From Octopus sinensis (lineage: Eukaryota), in assembly GCF_006345805.1 (NCBI RefSeq), contig NC_043019.1, positions 21,389,360 to 21,453,359 of the forward strand: 64,000 nt of DNA, given 5' to 3'. Below, one piece after another: positions 26,096 through 40,407 of this stretch (within the stretch, counting starts at the first letter, position 1; each line of letters begins with the position of its first letter). Both the position numbers and the translations under genes were made by a program. The notes beneath the pieces were generated by a model that was not told the DNA's origin, did not search any database, and saw only the letters and a list, made by a program, of their open reading frames with translations.

Positions 26096-26440
26096 AAATA
26101 AAATGCCCATCAATTAATTAAATTTATTTACTTACTAATATATTGTAAAGACCAAACACCTATTGTCTGTAATGGGATTGACCAAAGTCCAGCCCTGAAT
26201 GTAATTGGTCAGTATACACCTCACTTGGATTTTATCTCTTCTGAGGTTCCACTCACTATGAAACATGTAGCCCAGATTTCCCATATTCCATTCTGTATCT
26301 CTTGTACATATACTCTGAATGCCTTGCTTACCTGGGCATAGATACATTGAAGCTCTGATGTCTGGCAACTGACTTGGTAAACACCCACAAAATTATTAAC
26401 CATCTCTGTCCCTAGATCTGAATGAGTGCATATCCATATA

Positions 26441-26828
26441 GGCGCAGGAGTGGCTGTGTGGTAAGTAGCTTGCTTACCAACCACATGGTTCCAGGTTCAG
26501 TCCCACTGCGTGGCATCTTGGGCAAGTGTCTTCTGCTATAGCCTTGTGAGTGGATTTGGTATACGGAAAATGAAAGAAGCCTGTTGTATATATGTGTATG
26601 TATATATGTATGTGCGTGTATATGTTTGTGTGTCTGTGTTTGTCCCCCTAGCATTGCTTGACAACCGATGCTGGTGTGTTTACGTCCCTGTCACTTAGCG
26701 GTTCGGCAAAAGAGACCGATAGAATAAGTACTGGGCTTACAAAGAATAAGTCCCAGGGTCGATTTGCTCGACTAAAGGCGGTGCTCCAGCATGGCCGCAG
26801 TCAAATGACTGAAACAAATAAAAAGAGT
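26441..26828 (+). mobile_element. Family A SINE
   Basis: Head to tail match with copy 11808-12270. Confidence 0.85.
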
Positions 26829-26879
26829 ATAGTGCTAAGTAATGCCATTGGATGGTGTAAAGGTGGCTCTGTATACTAT

Positions 26880-27150
26880 GGCCCTTGAAAGACAAGATCC
26901 TTCTAGAGGGCACAACAACCACCTTGAGCACCTTTTTGAGCTCCATGTGTTTAACACACATGGGCATGCCTACAGACAGCACAGCTCCCATGACTTTCGG
27001 AAACATTTTTTCACACTCAGAATTGCTGAAGCATGGAACAGACTGCCATCATTGCTCATACATTGTTCACTTTCCTGATTTTTGAGCATAATTCTATGTA
27101 CTGTACATGCACCTTTGATGCGTTGTAGTGCACCTAAGCATTATATACAA
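26880..27150 (+). mobile_element. CR1-clade LINE 3' fragment
   Basis: LFELHVFNTHGHAYRQHSSHDFRKHFFTLRIAEAWNRLP fits the CR1 TRGH..RKxFFxxRVxxxWNxLP motif. Confidence 0.78.
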
Positions 27151-27181
27151 TATTTTCATTGTTATTATATATATATATATA

Positions 27182-27566
27182 CTAGCAGTATCGCCCGGCG
27201 TTGCTCGGGTTTGTAAGGGAAATAACTATAAAGCATTTTTAGAGAGTTATAGCCAAAAAATAGCAAAAAAATGGGAAAAAAATTATGGTAAATTTTTTTT
27301 GAGAGTTAAAAAAGGTCGAGTTGCGTCCCCTAGACAGTATGTGGTTTGTGTTTCTGATTCTCGACCCCATGTCGAATTTATCGATTTTTTTCAGAACTGG
27401 GGGAACTTTTCAAAATTTTCGCTGCGTTAGTTTTGAATTATGACATTGGGCTATGTGTGTGTCAAGTTTCATCAGAATCGGTTGAAAGCCGTGGTCAGGG
27501 TGAGGGTACAACCAAACAGACACACAGACACACACACAGACAAACTGCCGTTTATATAGAGAGAGA
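27182..27566 (-). mobile_element. Non-autonomous Helitron
   Basis: Minus strand starts TC and ends cccgagcaacgccgggcgatactgCTAG (GC hairpin plus CTAG); inserted between A and T with no TSD. Confidence 0.82.
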
Positions 27567-28001
27567 TATATATACATGTATTGCGAGCTGGAGTGAACGA
27601 CTGCTATGTTTAGTGGATGAGTATCCATCACAAAGGATGATCATAAGAAGGTCAAAACAGTACGATCTGATGGTCTCAGGGATAAAATAGTAGGGAGTTC
27701 CCTCCTCACTTGTAATATATATTGAGTGCAGAGTGCGCTGCCATAACCAGCTGGAGGAGGTGTCCTCCAGGGGTTAAAATTAGCAGTATCATCACTTCCT
27801 AGAGAACAGCAGTGTCTAGATGGCATTAAACACTACTTGTTAGTATGAATACTTCTTTCATCTCTTAGAGATTTTCTTGACTATATATATGTGTGTGTGT
27901 GTATATATATATATGTATATATCCCCACACATGTATACACACTTACAGACATACATAGTGAAGAATATATGATATAAAATAAATTACGAGTTAAATATAT
28001 A

Positions 28002-28062
<61 letters not shown>

Positions 28063-28259
28063 TGTGTGTGTGTGTGTGAGAGAGAAGGGGGAGAGCAAGC
28101 ATCAATATGTCTACGTATGAAGTAGCAATGAAATAGAGAGACAAAGTTTAGTGTTTGAGACTTCATCTCTCCAGAATGATCACCATTGGAAAAGATTAAA
28201 GAATTAATCTGTTCTTTTCCTCTAAGAACAGAATCAAATTCTTACATTTGCAGAGAAAC

Positions 28260-28291
<32 letters not shown>

Positions 28292-28401
28292 TGAGGTTTT
28301 GAAGAGAAACAGACAAAAAAAACCAACAAAATGTTAAGAAAAGCCAAAAAAAAAACCTCCAAAAAGACCAGCATTTTATTTCTATTTGCCAGACAAGATA
28401 G

Positions 28402-28448
<47 letters not shown>

Positions 28449-28539
28449 AAGAAAGGAGAGAAGGTAAGAGAAGAAGAAACTGAGGGAAGAAAAAAAGCAT
28501 AGCAAAGGATTGTTTGTTTGTTAATGTTGTTTTGTTGAT

Positions 28540-28900
28540 GGTGGTGGCTGTGGTAGGTTGTTGCTTTAGTGGTGGTTGTTGTGATGGTGATGGCATTTGT
28601 TGTTGTAAATGTGGTGGTGTGGTGATGGCAGTCGTTGTAGTTGTGGTGGTGGTGATGGCTGTGATTGTTGTGGTGGTGGTGGTGGTGATGGCTTTGATTG
28701 TTGTGGTGGGTGGTGGTGGTGTTGGTGGTGGTGGTGGGATGGTGTGTGTGATTGTTGCGTGGGAGGTTGCTGGTGTGGTGGTTTGTAGTTGTGGTGGTGG
28801 TGGTGGTGGTGGTGGTGGTGGTGGTGATGGCTGTGATTGTTGCGTGGGAGGTTGCTGGTGTGGTGGTTATTGTAGTTGTGGTGGTGGTGGTGGTGGTAGT
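28540..28900. repeat. (GGT)n low-complexity tract with an internal duplication
   Basis: gtgattgttgcgtgggaggttgctggtgtggtggtt occurs twice. Confidence 0.85.
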
Positions 28901-28959
28901 GTGTAATATATTCTTTGAAACATTCTCACAATATCAATAGTTCTGTATGTATGTGTGCA

Positions 28960-29000
<41 letters not shown>

Positions 29001-29298
29001 ATTATATGTATGTGCATGTGTTATATGTGTGTGTGCATCATTGTATAACTTCAAATAAATTATTTCCTTATGCACTGATAACACTCACAAATACACATGG
29101 GATGCACAAATATGCATACACATGCACAGATAGATGTCTTTATAAATCAGGACAAACGTATCTGTTGAGATACAAATATGTAGGCATATACAGACTTGTA
29201 TACTCATATACATATATGCATATACAACTATATATACACACACACACATATATACATATGTACTACATTCACATTATGTGTGTAAATATATATATATT

Positions 29299-29336
<38 letters not shown>

Positions 29337-29347
<11 letters not shown>

Positions 29348-29391
29348 ACACACACACACATATCTACATACACTCACATATATGAAATGTG

Positions 29392-29430
<39 letters not shown>

Positions 29431-29554
29431 ACACACACACACATATCTACATACACTCACATATATGAAATGTGTATGTATATATATATATATATATATA
29501 TATTTATGTATACACACACACACATATCTACATACTCTCGCATATATGAAATGT

Positions 29555-29597
<43 letters not shown>

Positions 29598-29600
29598 CAC
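29337..29600. repeat. Compound tandem repeat of about 65-70 bp, roughly 4 units
   Basis: acacacatatctacatacactcacatatatgaaatgtgtatg repeated with variable (TA)n. Confidence 0.8.
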
Positions 29601-30670
29601 CCACAGAGTCACATACGCAATTAGACATACATAGACAATTATAAAGCACTCACACATGTAGATAATGCTTTTTTCTTGGAGTACATTGATAATATACATA
29701 TATATACATTCACATATACAGACATGTACACAAATACACACATACAAACATTCACCACTCACCCACTCATTCACCCACAGAATGATAGACAAATGCTTGC
29801 CTTTACAAATGCCAGAATTACAAAAGAGTTGAATGGCTCCTTAAAACATCACCTATGAAATAAACCAGAAAGACAAGAGATGCGTGTGTGTGCGTGTGTG
29901 TGTGTGTGGATAGATGTATCTATATGTAGATGTACATGGGTGGGTGGGTGGGCTGTAGGTGTAGGAGTGCAGTCTAACAGAGGTGCCTCCTTCTGCCTGG
30001 TAGAAGAAATTATTGATAAACAAAATACAGTGAGATCAAATAGCAGAACTGATCTGCTCTCCCCCCCCTCCCCTGCTTCTCTCTCTCTCTCACACACACA
30101 CACCACACACACACACATGCGCATACAACCGAAAAAATTCAGGAATGACAACAATAGGTAGTAAGTAATCAAATAATAACAATTTCATCATCACCACCAT
30201 CATCATAACAACGAAAAACACTATAAAAAAAAAGGCAAGAACAAAACAATAACAAATTCATCATCATCATCATCATCATTGGTTATATAAAAAAAAAACC
30301 CACTAAAAACTAAAAAGAAATTCCATGAACAAAACCAAACTGCAAACATTATAAATAAAACAGAAAAAAAAATGCTTATCACCACAACCAACATCATCAC
30401 CATCAACATCATTACTACCACTGTAACATCAACTTCATCACCACTACTGAAAGTACCAACATCACCTTTAGTGCTACCACCAACATCAACACTACTACCA
30501 CTGCTACCACCACTACAACATCAACAGATCAACTAAACAACGATAAAAATCAAAGAAGGAATATGGAGTATCTTCTAGACAGACTTTTAATTATCAAATG
30601 TCTGTTAACAATATACAGATATCTATATATATACACATGTGTTTACTCCGGTATATACACACATATATAT

Positions 30671-30724
<54 letters not shown>

Positions 30725-30731
30725 CATATAC

Positions 30732-30780
<49 letters not shown>

Positions 30781-30879
30781 TACATACATATATACAAATA
30801 TACATATATATATATACATCATCATCATCATTGTTTAACGTCCACTTTCCATGCTAGCATGGGTTGGGCATAGGTACAT

Positions 30880-30910
<31 letters not shown>

Positions 30911-30960
30911 CATACATATATATATAAATACATACATACATATATATATATAAATACATC

Positions 30961-30994
<34 letters not shown>

Positions 30995-33017
30995 CATATA
31001 TATGGCAGGTTAAGCTAATATAAATATCACACCTGTATATCCATATATCCATACCCATCAACACATACTTAAGAGTATATACACATAACTTAACATACAT
31101 TCACATATATATAAATATATAAGTTATGCTTATATATATATATATATATAAAATTCACACACACACACATATATACATATATATGAATACATGGCAGGTT
31201 ATGCTTATATGTATATCCACGTATATACATATATATAACATACATGTAAAGAAAAGGGAAAAAATAATTACCAGAGAGTAAACAAGAGGAGTTAGTGATA
31301 AACATTGTTACCGTATTAAACAACAACAACTACAATACCATAGGAATGCTATCGGTAAACACTGTTATTGTAACAAGAACTACAATCATCATCATCACTA
31401 TCACTATCATTTGATATCTGTCTTTCATACTGATATGGGTTAGACACTTTGACAAGATCCAATAGCTCAGAGGACAGCATCAAGCTCCAACGTATGTTCA
31501 GGTATGGTTTTTACAGCTAGACACTCTTCCTAATGTTAGTCACTTTAAATATTAATTCACACAAGGTGCCACGTAAATAGCATTCGTGTGAGTGCCAGTA
31601 CCACATAAAAAGCACCCAGTACACTCAGTGAAGTAATTGGCACTAGAGCATCTAGCAATAGAAATCAAGCCAAGATAGACTATGAAATCTGGTGTGCTCC
31701 CTGGCCTTGCCAGTTCCTCTCAAGCCAACCAACCCATGCCAGCATGGAAAATGAACATTAAAGGTTGATGATGATGATGTAAGAGCCCACAACACATGGT
31801 GTAAACACAGGAGCAAAGAGAAGATTTACAGACACATTCTACTTCATATCCTACTTAGGATTCATTTTGGAGTATTTCTAAGGCTTAAAAGAAGCCAAAG
31901 ACCACTCTACTACATTGATTTTATTGGTAGAGAGACACAACATAAGTGATGACCTACCAAAGATAATGGTGGTGGTAGGTGACAGAGATTCCTGGTATTG
32001 CACAAAAAACTGTTGTTGCAATCACTTCAAAAAGAAGACATTTTTGTTTTTAAATATGATTTGAGGGAGATTGACTGTTGCTTTAAGCAGATCCTGTGGT
32101 CGCAAATTGATAATACACTAATGATATTATTGATGATGAAATATGATGAGCCCACTTCTCTTGGGGTTTGGAGTTTTGGAAGCTGTGTGGTAACCTCACT
32201 AGGGTTAGAGGTAAGAAAAGGCACCCAGCAGATCAGTCCCAGTCTCTACAAAGAGTGCCAGGGCTGACCAAAACCTGAATGGATTTAGCAGGTAGGAACT
32301 GTGTGGAAGCCTCTACTATATGTGTATGAGTGTGTTTTGTGTTTGTCACCACTACCACCACCACCTGACAACTGGCGTTGGTTTGTTTACATCCTTATAA
32401 CTCAGTAGTTTGGCTAAAGAGACTTTAAAACTAAGTATTGGGGTCTATTTGTTCAACTAAACCCTTCAAGGTATTACCCAAGCGTGACTGCAGTCCAATG
32501 ACTGAAACCAATAAAAGATAAAAAGTTTTTTTTAAAAATTGAAGCTGCATATTTCTATGACTCATAACAATCACCATCATCATAATCATTATGGCTTATG
32601 ATATATATATAATTTGGTGTAACTAATTAACAAATGGTTAAGAAAAATTATATAATTATATAAAAAAGACTACCACCCGGGAAATCATGAAAAAAAAGAA
32701 AGAAAAGAAAATTTAGCATCTGTGTGTCATGAAGCACATATAAACGGAAATCATTACAGATGCAATCTGTTAATTATTTTTGCAACAAATGTAATTAGTT
32801 TAGTCTTAATTAAACCAACAGAACCGTTACAAACAGTTAAGCTGCAGATGCAGATGTAAGTTATTAATCATTGAATATTTGTTACATTCAATTGATTTAA
32901 CAACAGATGAGATCCAGTTACAAGTGGTGTGAGTTGGGTTTTTACCAATGTAAATCCAGAGAAATCTTGGGCATTTCCTAGTTGTTGTTGTTATTTTGCT
33001 TCTGGACTGCAGCTAAT

Positions 33018-33202
33018 AGTTGTGTGGTTAAGAAATTTGCTTGGCTGTGTGGTAAGTAGCTTGCTAACCAACCACATGGTTCCGGGTTCAGTCCCACTGC
33101 GTGGCATCTTGGGCAAGTGTCTTCTGCTATATCCCAGGGCCAACCAATGTCTTGTGAGTGGATTTGGTAGATGGAAACTGAAAGAAGCCTGTCGTATATA
33201 TG

Positions 33203-33233
<31 letters not shown>

Positions 33234-33440
33234 GTGTGTGTCTGTGTTTGTCCCCCTAGCATTGCTTGACAACCGATGCTGGTGTGTTTACGTCCCTGTC
33301 ACTTAGCGGTTCGGCATAAAGAGACCGATAGAATAAGTACTGGGCTTACAAAGAATAAGTCCCGGGGTCGATTTGCTCGACTAAAGGCGGTGCTCCAGCA
33401 TGGCCGCAGTCAAATGACTGAAACAAGTAAAAGAAAAAAA
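33018..33440 (+). mobile_element. Family A SINE preceded by a partial second head
   Basis: tagttgtgtggttaagaaatttgctt immediately precedes a full copy starting at about 33043. Confidence 0.82.
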
Positions 33441-33899
33441 GAAAAAGAAAATATACTTTGGAGGTTCAGTCCCACTGTGTGGCACCCTGGGCAAGTGTCT
33501 ACCATACAAACTTGCATTTCATGTTCCACCTCACCTCATACAATTTTTTCTATGTAAATGCCTACACTTTTTCATCCATCATTTTAACAAATTCATCATT
33601 CATTACCATAGTGGCAAATTAAGGAAATCATTATCATCATCCTCATTGTGTTTAAATCCCCCATTCCTTTAAAATTGCTGTCCTTATGCCAAAACTAGAA
33701 AGAATTATTATTATTATTATTTTTAAGACAGTAGATTGCTAAAATCATCCAAGCTTTGGAAAAAAATGCTTTGTGACATTTGTGTACCAAATCCCTCATA
33801 AGACTTTGGTCAGATAGGGCTATAGCAGAAGACATTTGCTCAAGGTACCACACAATAGGACTTCTTGACCATATAACAATGTGTGTGTGCATGTATAAA

Positions 33900-34220
33900 G
33901 ATCCCCTTCAATCACAAATGACCATGAGATTGCGCCCAGAAAGTTCCCTTCTGAGGCACAAATGTGGGCAAGCTTGTGTATGCAAGACCAACAATTGCCC
34001 ATGCATACCAGCTTCCCCTCTTCATGCCACTGATCTTGTCCAAGGGAAAGGCAAAGAGGGGCGATACAGCTTGGCACCAGTGATGTCACAACTCATTTCT
34101 TCAGCTGAGTAATGTGAAATAAAGTGTCTTGCTCAAGAAAACACTCAGCTTGGTCTGGGAATTGAATACAAAACTTCATGATTGTAAACTCAACACTCTA
34201 ACCACTGAGTCATGCACCTT
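33900..34220 (-). mobile_element. Family D SINE with a different tail (Z)
   Basis: tRNA-like head and Meta-like segment followed by a body unrelated to tail X. Confidence 0.55.
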
Positions 34221-34233
34221 CATATATATATAA

Positions 34234-34351
34234 ATAATCAGAAAATGGAAAAACTTTTGATTAACAAACAAACAAATTGACCAACATCAATTGATTATTA
34301 AAAAATTTTTGTTTGTTTGTTAATCAAAAGTTTTCTCCATTTTCTGATTAT
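34234..34351. repeat. Inverted repeat (43/44-nt arms, 31-nt loop)
   Basis: ataatcagaaaatggaaaaacttttgattaacaaacaaacaaa and its reverse complement with one indel. Confidence 0.9.
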
Positions 34352-34494
34352 GTAAATTTGATTTGTGATAAACTTTTGTTTATTCGCTTGTTACCTGTAC
34401 CCTATGAGCATAGTGTGCCTGCATACCCATGCCCAGGGATAGCATAGGTAATTAAAACGGTTATTACAACTGCTAACTCTGCTTACCTATTTCA

Positions 34495-34968
34495 TTTCAT
34501 TTCATTTCATTTGGGTTTGAGTCCATGCTCAGGCCAAGTCGAAGACTCCACCCTCAGAGTCTGGTGTGGTTGCCAGGTTGTATTCTCTGCTTAATTTTGA
34601 CATGTGTAGGAGCGAGTTTGAGTCAGTTTGTGCTCGTTGTGTATATCCTGGGAGATGGGGTTCATCTCTAATGGTGCTTAAGTATCTATCCAGTTGCAAT
34701 TTGAATGATTCCACACTGCATCCTGATAGATTTCTGACATGTACCGGAATGGAGTTGAACAGTTGTGCTCCTCGAACCAACAGACTTGATTCTCGCAGGG
34801 TTTTTGCTGCCTGGCCAGCCTTTTTGTTGATTGGTGGCAGCTGGCAGCGTCTTCCGTGGCGCAGTGAGTGGTAGGTTTTGATACCAAAGTTTGGCACCTT
34901 CTGCTCTATCATTTTCCAAATATATATAATTCGGTATCGCTCAAATCTTCTTTCTATTGAGTACATAC

Positions 34969-34975
<7 letters not shown>
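34495..34975 (-). mobile_element. CR1-like (Jockey/CR1 group) LINE 3' end with open RT C-terminal frame and (AATGA)n tail
   Basis: MYSIERRFERYRIIYIWKMIEQKVPN...RESSLLVRGAQLFNSIPVHVRN..FKLQLDRYLSTIRDEP..SNSLL matches the LxSLxxRR...RGxxLFNxLP...FKxxLD pattern of such elements. Clade assignment is from memory. Confidence 0.85.
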
Positions 34976-35010
<35 letters not shown>

Positions 35011-36729
35011 ATATATATATTCGCCATGATAGATTGTTTGCCACTACACACATTTTTTTCTCTCCTTGTTTTTTCTGTGTCCCTTTCTGTAGAAGAGCGA
35101 AGGCTCGAAACGTAAAAGACTTTTTTCTATTCCTGAGCGGTATACTAATACATCTGTTTGTTTTGCACACCACCTGTCTTCCTCTTTTGTTTTTTTTCAT
35201 AAACTCTCCCTATATATATATATATAAAGTTAATCCAAACAAGAAAACAAAAAACAACAACGCAAGGATGTGGAACAAATAAAGTATTATTGGACGCTCA
35301 GGAAAGAAGGGAAGATAGTTTGGAGTTGAATCTTTTAACCACACAGCACATCAAGAAAAAAGATGATCACAATTGGAACACCTTTTGCTGATAATTCTGC
35401 TCAATCAAACAAATGAATTCTTTCTGAAGACAAAACAGAGAAACTTCTAAAGAAGGCACTCCCAAACTCTTGAAAAACTTGCCATATAATGTGAAGAATA
35501 TTATAAAGGCTCCTAAAGTGTTTTGTGCTTCAACAACAACATGTCATGTTCTAAAAATATTTTTCGTTTTCTTTTCAATATTTGGTACAAGGCCAGCAAT
35601 TCTGAAGGGAAGGGAAATCGATTTCATTGATCCAGTGCTCAACTGGCGCTTATCTTATTGATCCAAAATATGAAGACAGATGAAATACCGCTAAGCACTT
35701 CACTCGGCATGCTATCAATTCTGCCAGCTCACTGCCCTTACCTTACTAATAATAATAATGATTATGATGGAATCTCTTATTGAAGATGATATAGAGGTGT
35801 TCAGCTTTTGCTGGATGACCTGCACAAATGATTTGTTTATAGTGATCAAATGTATGTGCTGAACATTAGCTCACTCTTTCCATCAAATCAACATTGTCTG
35901 AACAGAGGCACTGTGTACCATGTGTCAGGTGTCAAAGTGATCGCAGGGCAATGTGAAATGAAGTGTTTTGCTCATAATGTGAAGAATTTTATGAAGGCTT
36001 CAACATGCCACGTTCTAAAAATATTTTTCGTTTTCTTTTTAATATTTGGTACAAGGCCAGCAATTCTGAAGGGAAGGGAAATCGATTTCATTGATCCCAG
36101 TGCTCAACTGGCGCTTATTTTATTGATCCCGAGACATTTAAACTCAGAATATAAAGATCTACAAAAATGCTGCTAAGCATTTTTTCTGGTGCAGTAACAA
36201 CTCTGCCAGTTTGTTGCTTTGCCAATTCTTTAATACAGTTGATGGATGATTCAGACATTTTTGTTGTAAGAATCCTTGTGACTGAAATAAAATTAAAAAC
36301 TGGCGTTTTTTCTTAGAGTGCACATTAAAAAAAAACAACAACAAAAAAAAAATGGGTGAAAAATATATCTTATGAAATATATAATGCTTTTGAGAATAAT
36401 ATGTCAAAACTCAAGACTAGAATCCTGGCAAAAATATTTCTGCTCTTGAAAGCTTCTTGAAAATTTTTAGGAAAAAAGAAGAAAATTAACTACAAAATCA
36501 CTGCACAGAGTTATTTTAAATATATACGTGTGTATGTGTGTGTGTGTAAGGATGGTATTCCTTGACATATACATATGGTATGCCTTGTTGCAGTACAGTT
36601 TACTAGATATTTTCAACTCTATGCCCAGATTAACATTTTACTCTTCTTCCCACGGTGTGTTATAAACCATATTATTCAAATAGCAATAAGCTATAATTGC
36701 TATCAATGTTCTGTCTGTCTGTCTCTTGC

Positions 36730-36760
<31 letters not shown>

Positions 36761-36775
36761 TATACGTATACATAT

Positions 36776-36820
<45 letters not shown>

Positions 36821-36832
36821 CATATATACATA

Positions 36833-36866
<34 letters not shown>

Positions 36867-36976
36867 CATATATATACATATATACATACATATATATATA
36901 TACATATATACATACATATATACATATATACATATATACATACATATACATATATACATACATATACATATATACA

Positions 36977-37007
<31 letters not shown>

Positions 37008-37009
37008 AG

Positions 37010-37042
<33 letters not shown>

Positions 37043-37524
37043 TATATCGACATGATTGACAGTTTTCATTAAACTAGATGCAAGAGTGTGAAAAATAAAC
37101 TTTCTTATATTTTTGTTTTGACTATTTTCCAGAAATCTGTAACAAGCAACTACTGCAAAGAGCAAGGTGAAGGTATCCATCGAGACTAAGGATTAATAGG
37201 TCAACAGATGAAACGTATTGGAGCCAATAGCAGACTGCAATTAATGGTTGGTTGCTTGGTATTTAAAACTATATAAAAAAAAAGAAAAAAAAAACTTATA
37301 TATGTTAGATTTCTTTATTATTAATTCCACCACATAAAATTCTTGGCCCTGTGCCTAAATTAAGAACATCATCATTTAATATCGGCCTTCCTTGTTAGCA
37401 GGGACTGGGCAGTTTAACAGGATCTGACAAGCTGGACGACTGCATTAAGCTCAAACATGTATTTTGGAATGGTTTCTATGGATGAATGCCCTAACTAATG
37501 GCAACAACATTATTATTATTATTA

Positions 37525-38055
37525 TTATTATTATTGTGTTCTGAGTTCAAATTCTACTGGGGTCAACTTTGCTTTTAATCCTTTCAGGGTTGATACATTA
37601 AGTACCAGTGAAACACTGGGGTTGATGAAATCGACTAGCCCCCCCCTCCCAAAATTTCAGGCCTTTAATAGAAAAGAAGATCGTCGTCGTCATCATCATC
37701 ATCATCATTATAATTATTAAGGTGGTGAGCTGGCAGAATTGTTAGCACACTAGGTGAATTGCTTTGTGACACTTCATCTGTCAGCATGTTCTGAGTTCAA
37801 ATTCTTCTGAGGTCAACTTTGCCTTTCATCCTTTCTGGGTCGGTAAACTAAGTACCAGTGAAACACTGGAATCAATATAATCAACTGGTTCCCTCCCCAC
37901 AAATTTCAGGCCTTGTGCCTATGGTAGAAAGAATTATTATTATTACTAGGCCAAGTTGAACCCGGCAGAATTTGAACTCAGAATGTGAAGACAGATGAAA
38001 TACCGCTAAGCACTTCACCCGGCATGCTATCAATTCTGCCAGCTCACTGCCTTTA
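37525..38055. mobile_element. Cluster of family B SINE fragments (two plus, one minus)
   Basis: Repeated gttctgagttcaaatt...gcctttcatcctttc cores. Confidence 0.65.
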
Positions 38056-38363
38056 CCTTACTACCAATAATAATGATTATAATGAACTCTCTTGTTGAAG
38101 ATGATATAGAGGTGTTCAGCTTTTGCTGAATGACCTGCACAAATCTAATGTTTGTGCTGCACATCAGCTCACTCTCTCCATCAAATCAACATTACCTGAA
38201 CAGAGGCACTGTGTACCATGTGTCAGGTGTCAAAGTGATCGCAGGGCAATGTGAAATGAAGTGTTTTGCTCAAGAACACAATTCACCACCCAGTCTAGGA
38301 AATGAAATCATGTTCACTAGATTGTGAGTTCAACACCATTATCACTAGGTTATGCCGAGTGGT

Positions 38364-38418
<55 letters not shown>

Positions 38419-38973
38419 TGCCCTGATGCAGTACCAGGCAGTGGCTCTCGTGGCTTCTGATCTTAACTGATTGGAAGTGTTATCATGTACATTGCTTTGT
38501 CTTGGTATAAAAGATGGGCTACAGCAAATATTCTGCTCAATACCACAGATTTGCTTGTCAGTCGTTTGACCTTAACCAGTTGAGCATGTCCCTTAGTGGC
38601 TGACGATATGTGCATCTCTGATCATGAGCAGAAGTAGTGGGGGAGCATCATAGCCATGTGTTGAGAGGGATTCTTTGGGGTTTGAATAATTCACCTCTGG
38701 AAACATGTGTGGTTCTTTCAACATCCTTAAACAACCCTTATTCAGGGACCTTTTGAACAGGATGGGCTACTCAACCTGAAGAAATTTCTAACTGGGCCCC
38801 ACCTGCAAGGTCATGTGCTGTTTATCTTGATATGAGATTACCATGTCACGCACATATGGTTGTGATGCATGTGCCTGGTGTACCCTTATCAGACGGGTAG
38901 TCATGATGGATATATTGGGCTTCGTATATTTTACCCCAGTGTCACTTTGATGGCATGAACTGCTCTCTCACTC
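38419..38973 (+). mobile_element. Non-coding interspersed element embedded in an (AAT)n tract (probable LINE 3'UTR or SINE)
   Basis: About 555 bp of complex sequence flanked on both sides by long (AAT)n; no recognisable ORF. Confidence 0.5.
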
Positions 38974-39008
<35 letters not shown>

Positions 39009-39854
39009 TAATAATAACAATAATAATAATTATAATTCTTTCTAATTGTTGGCATAAGGCCAGCAATTTTGAGGGAAGGGGAAGTCTGTTACATCAACCC
39101 CAGTACTTGAAAGATATGTCATCATTCCCTAAAAAGATGAAAGGCAAAATTGATGTAGGTGGTATTTGAACTCAGAATGTAAAACACCAGAAGGAATGCT
39201 GCTAAGCATTTTGTCTGACCAGTGCAAACAATAATAACAAACAATATCGGTAATAATATTAACAACAAGATATTATAACTCAAACAGGCTAATGGAATAA
39301 ATGAATGTTATTTTAGAATTCTTGTGGATAAAAAAAAAACCCAGAAAAATACCACACAAAAAAAGAAACGAACATTTCTAAAAAAAAATGTCTTGTGGTT
39401 GTTTGCATGCCATCAAAAGAATTTTAATCCCACCAGCTTTATCTGTCACAAACAGTTACTTTGCAAAGATTATATTATACAGTGTATGCCATTACCATCT
39501 TTAATATTTCTTTCAGAAACAGGAATTGGAGACAAACAATACAACAGTGTTGGACTGGTTGTTTTGCTGCAGCAATCTCTCTTTTTCACTCAGTTCAAAA
39601 TTTGCCAGGGTTAGTTTTTTTTTTTTTGTTGTTTCTTTATTTTTTGTTTTTATTTTTACATTGTGGTTGGTGAATGATGATATTGTTGGGTATGTATTTT
39701 TGATGGGCTTAATCAGTGGTTCACTTCACAGCCTTCCTGATGCTGACAAGGGAGTGTCTGTAATTCAATTCTGAACAAATATCCCATGGGACTTAGAGCA
39801 TTTATTTTCTTTATGTCTTCTTGCCAGTATAAACAAATATGCACACATACAGAC

Positions 39855-40178
39855 ATCATCATCATCATCATTTAGCGTCCGTTTCCCATGCTAGCATGGG
39901 TTGGACAGTTTAACTGGGGTCTGTGAAGCCGGAAGGCTTCATCAGGCCCAGTCAGATTTGGCAGTGTTTCTACGGCTGGATGCCCTTCCTAACGCCAACC
40001 ACTCCGTGAGTGTAGTGGGTGCTTTTTACGTGCCACCTGCACAGGTGCCAGACAGAGCTGGCAAACGGCCACGAATGGATGGTGTTTTTTTCATGCCACC
40101 AGCACGGGGGCCAGGCGAGGCTGGCAACGGACACGAGCGGATGGTGCTTTTACGTGCTACCGGCACGGGGGCCAGACG

Positions 40179-40180
<2 letters not shown>
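39855..40180 (-). mobile_element. RTE 3'UTR fragment
   Basis: Matches 60050-60350; three hairpin units and a (CAT)n tail on the plus strand. Confidence 0.82.
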
Positions 40181-40219
<39 letters not shown>

Positions 40220-40407
40220 GTGTATGTGTGTATACACACACACACACACACACACATGCAATTGACTTCCATTATTTCAAACTCCCAAATTCCACCCACA
40301 TGGTATTGTCCAACTCAAGAGAGATATGTATGTATGTATGTATACATACATACAGTAAGGAGTATATAGAACACAGAAGCCAGTGAATATGTCACGAAAC
40401 TACTTAC

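Noticed and set aside
28514-28906. Gly/Val/Cys-rich ORF resembling a structural protein
   Set aside because: It is a (GGT)n low-complexity tract on the strand opposite the gene.
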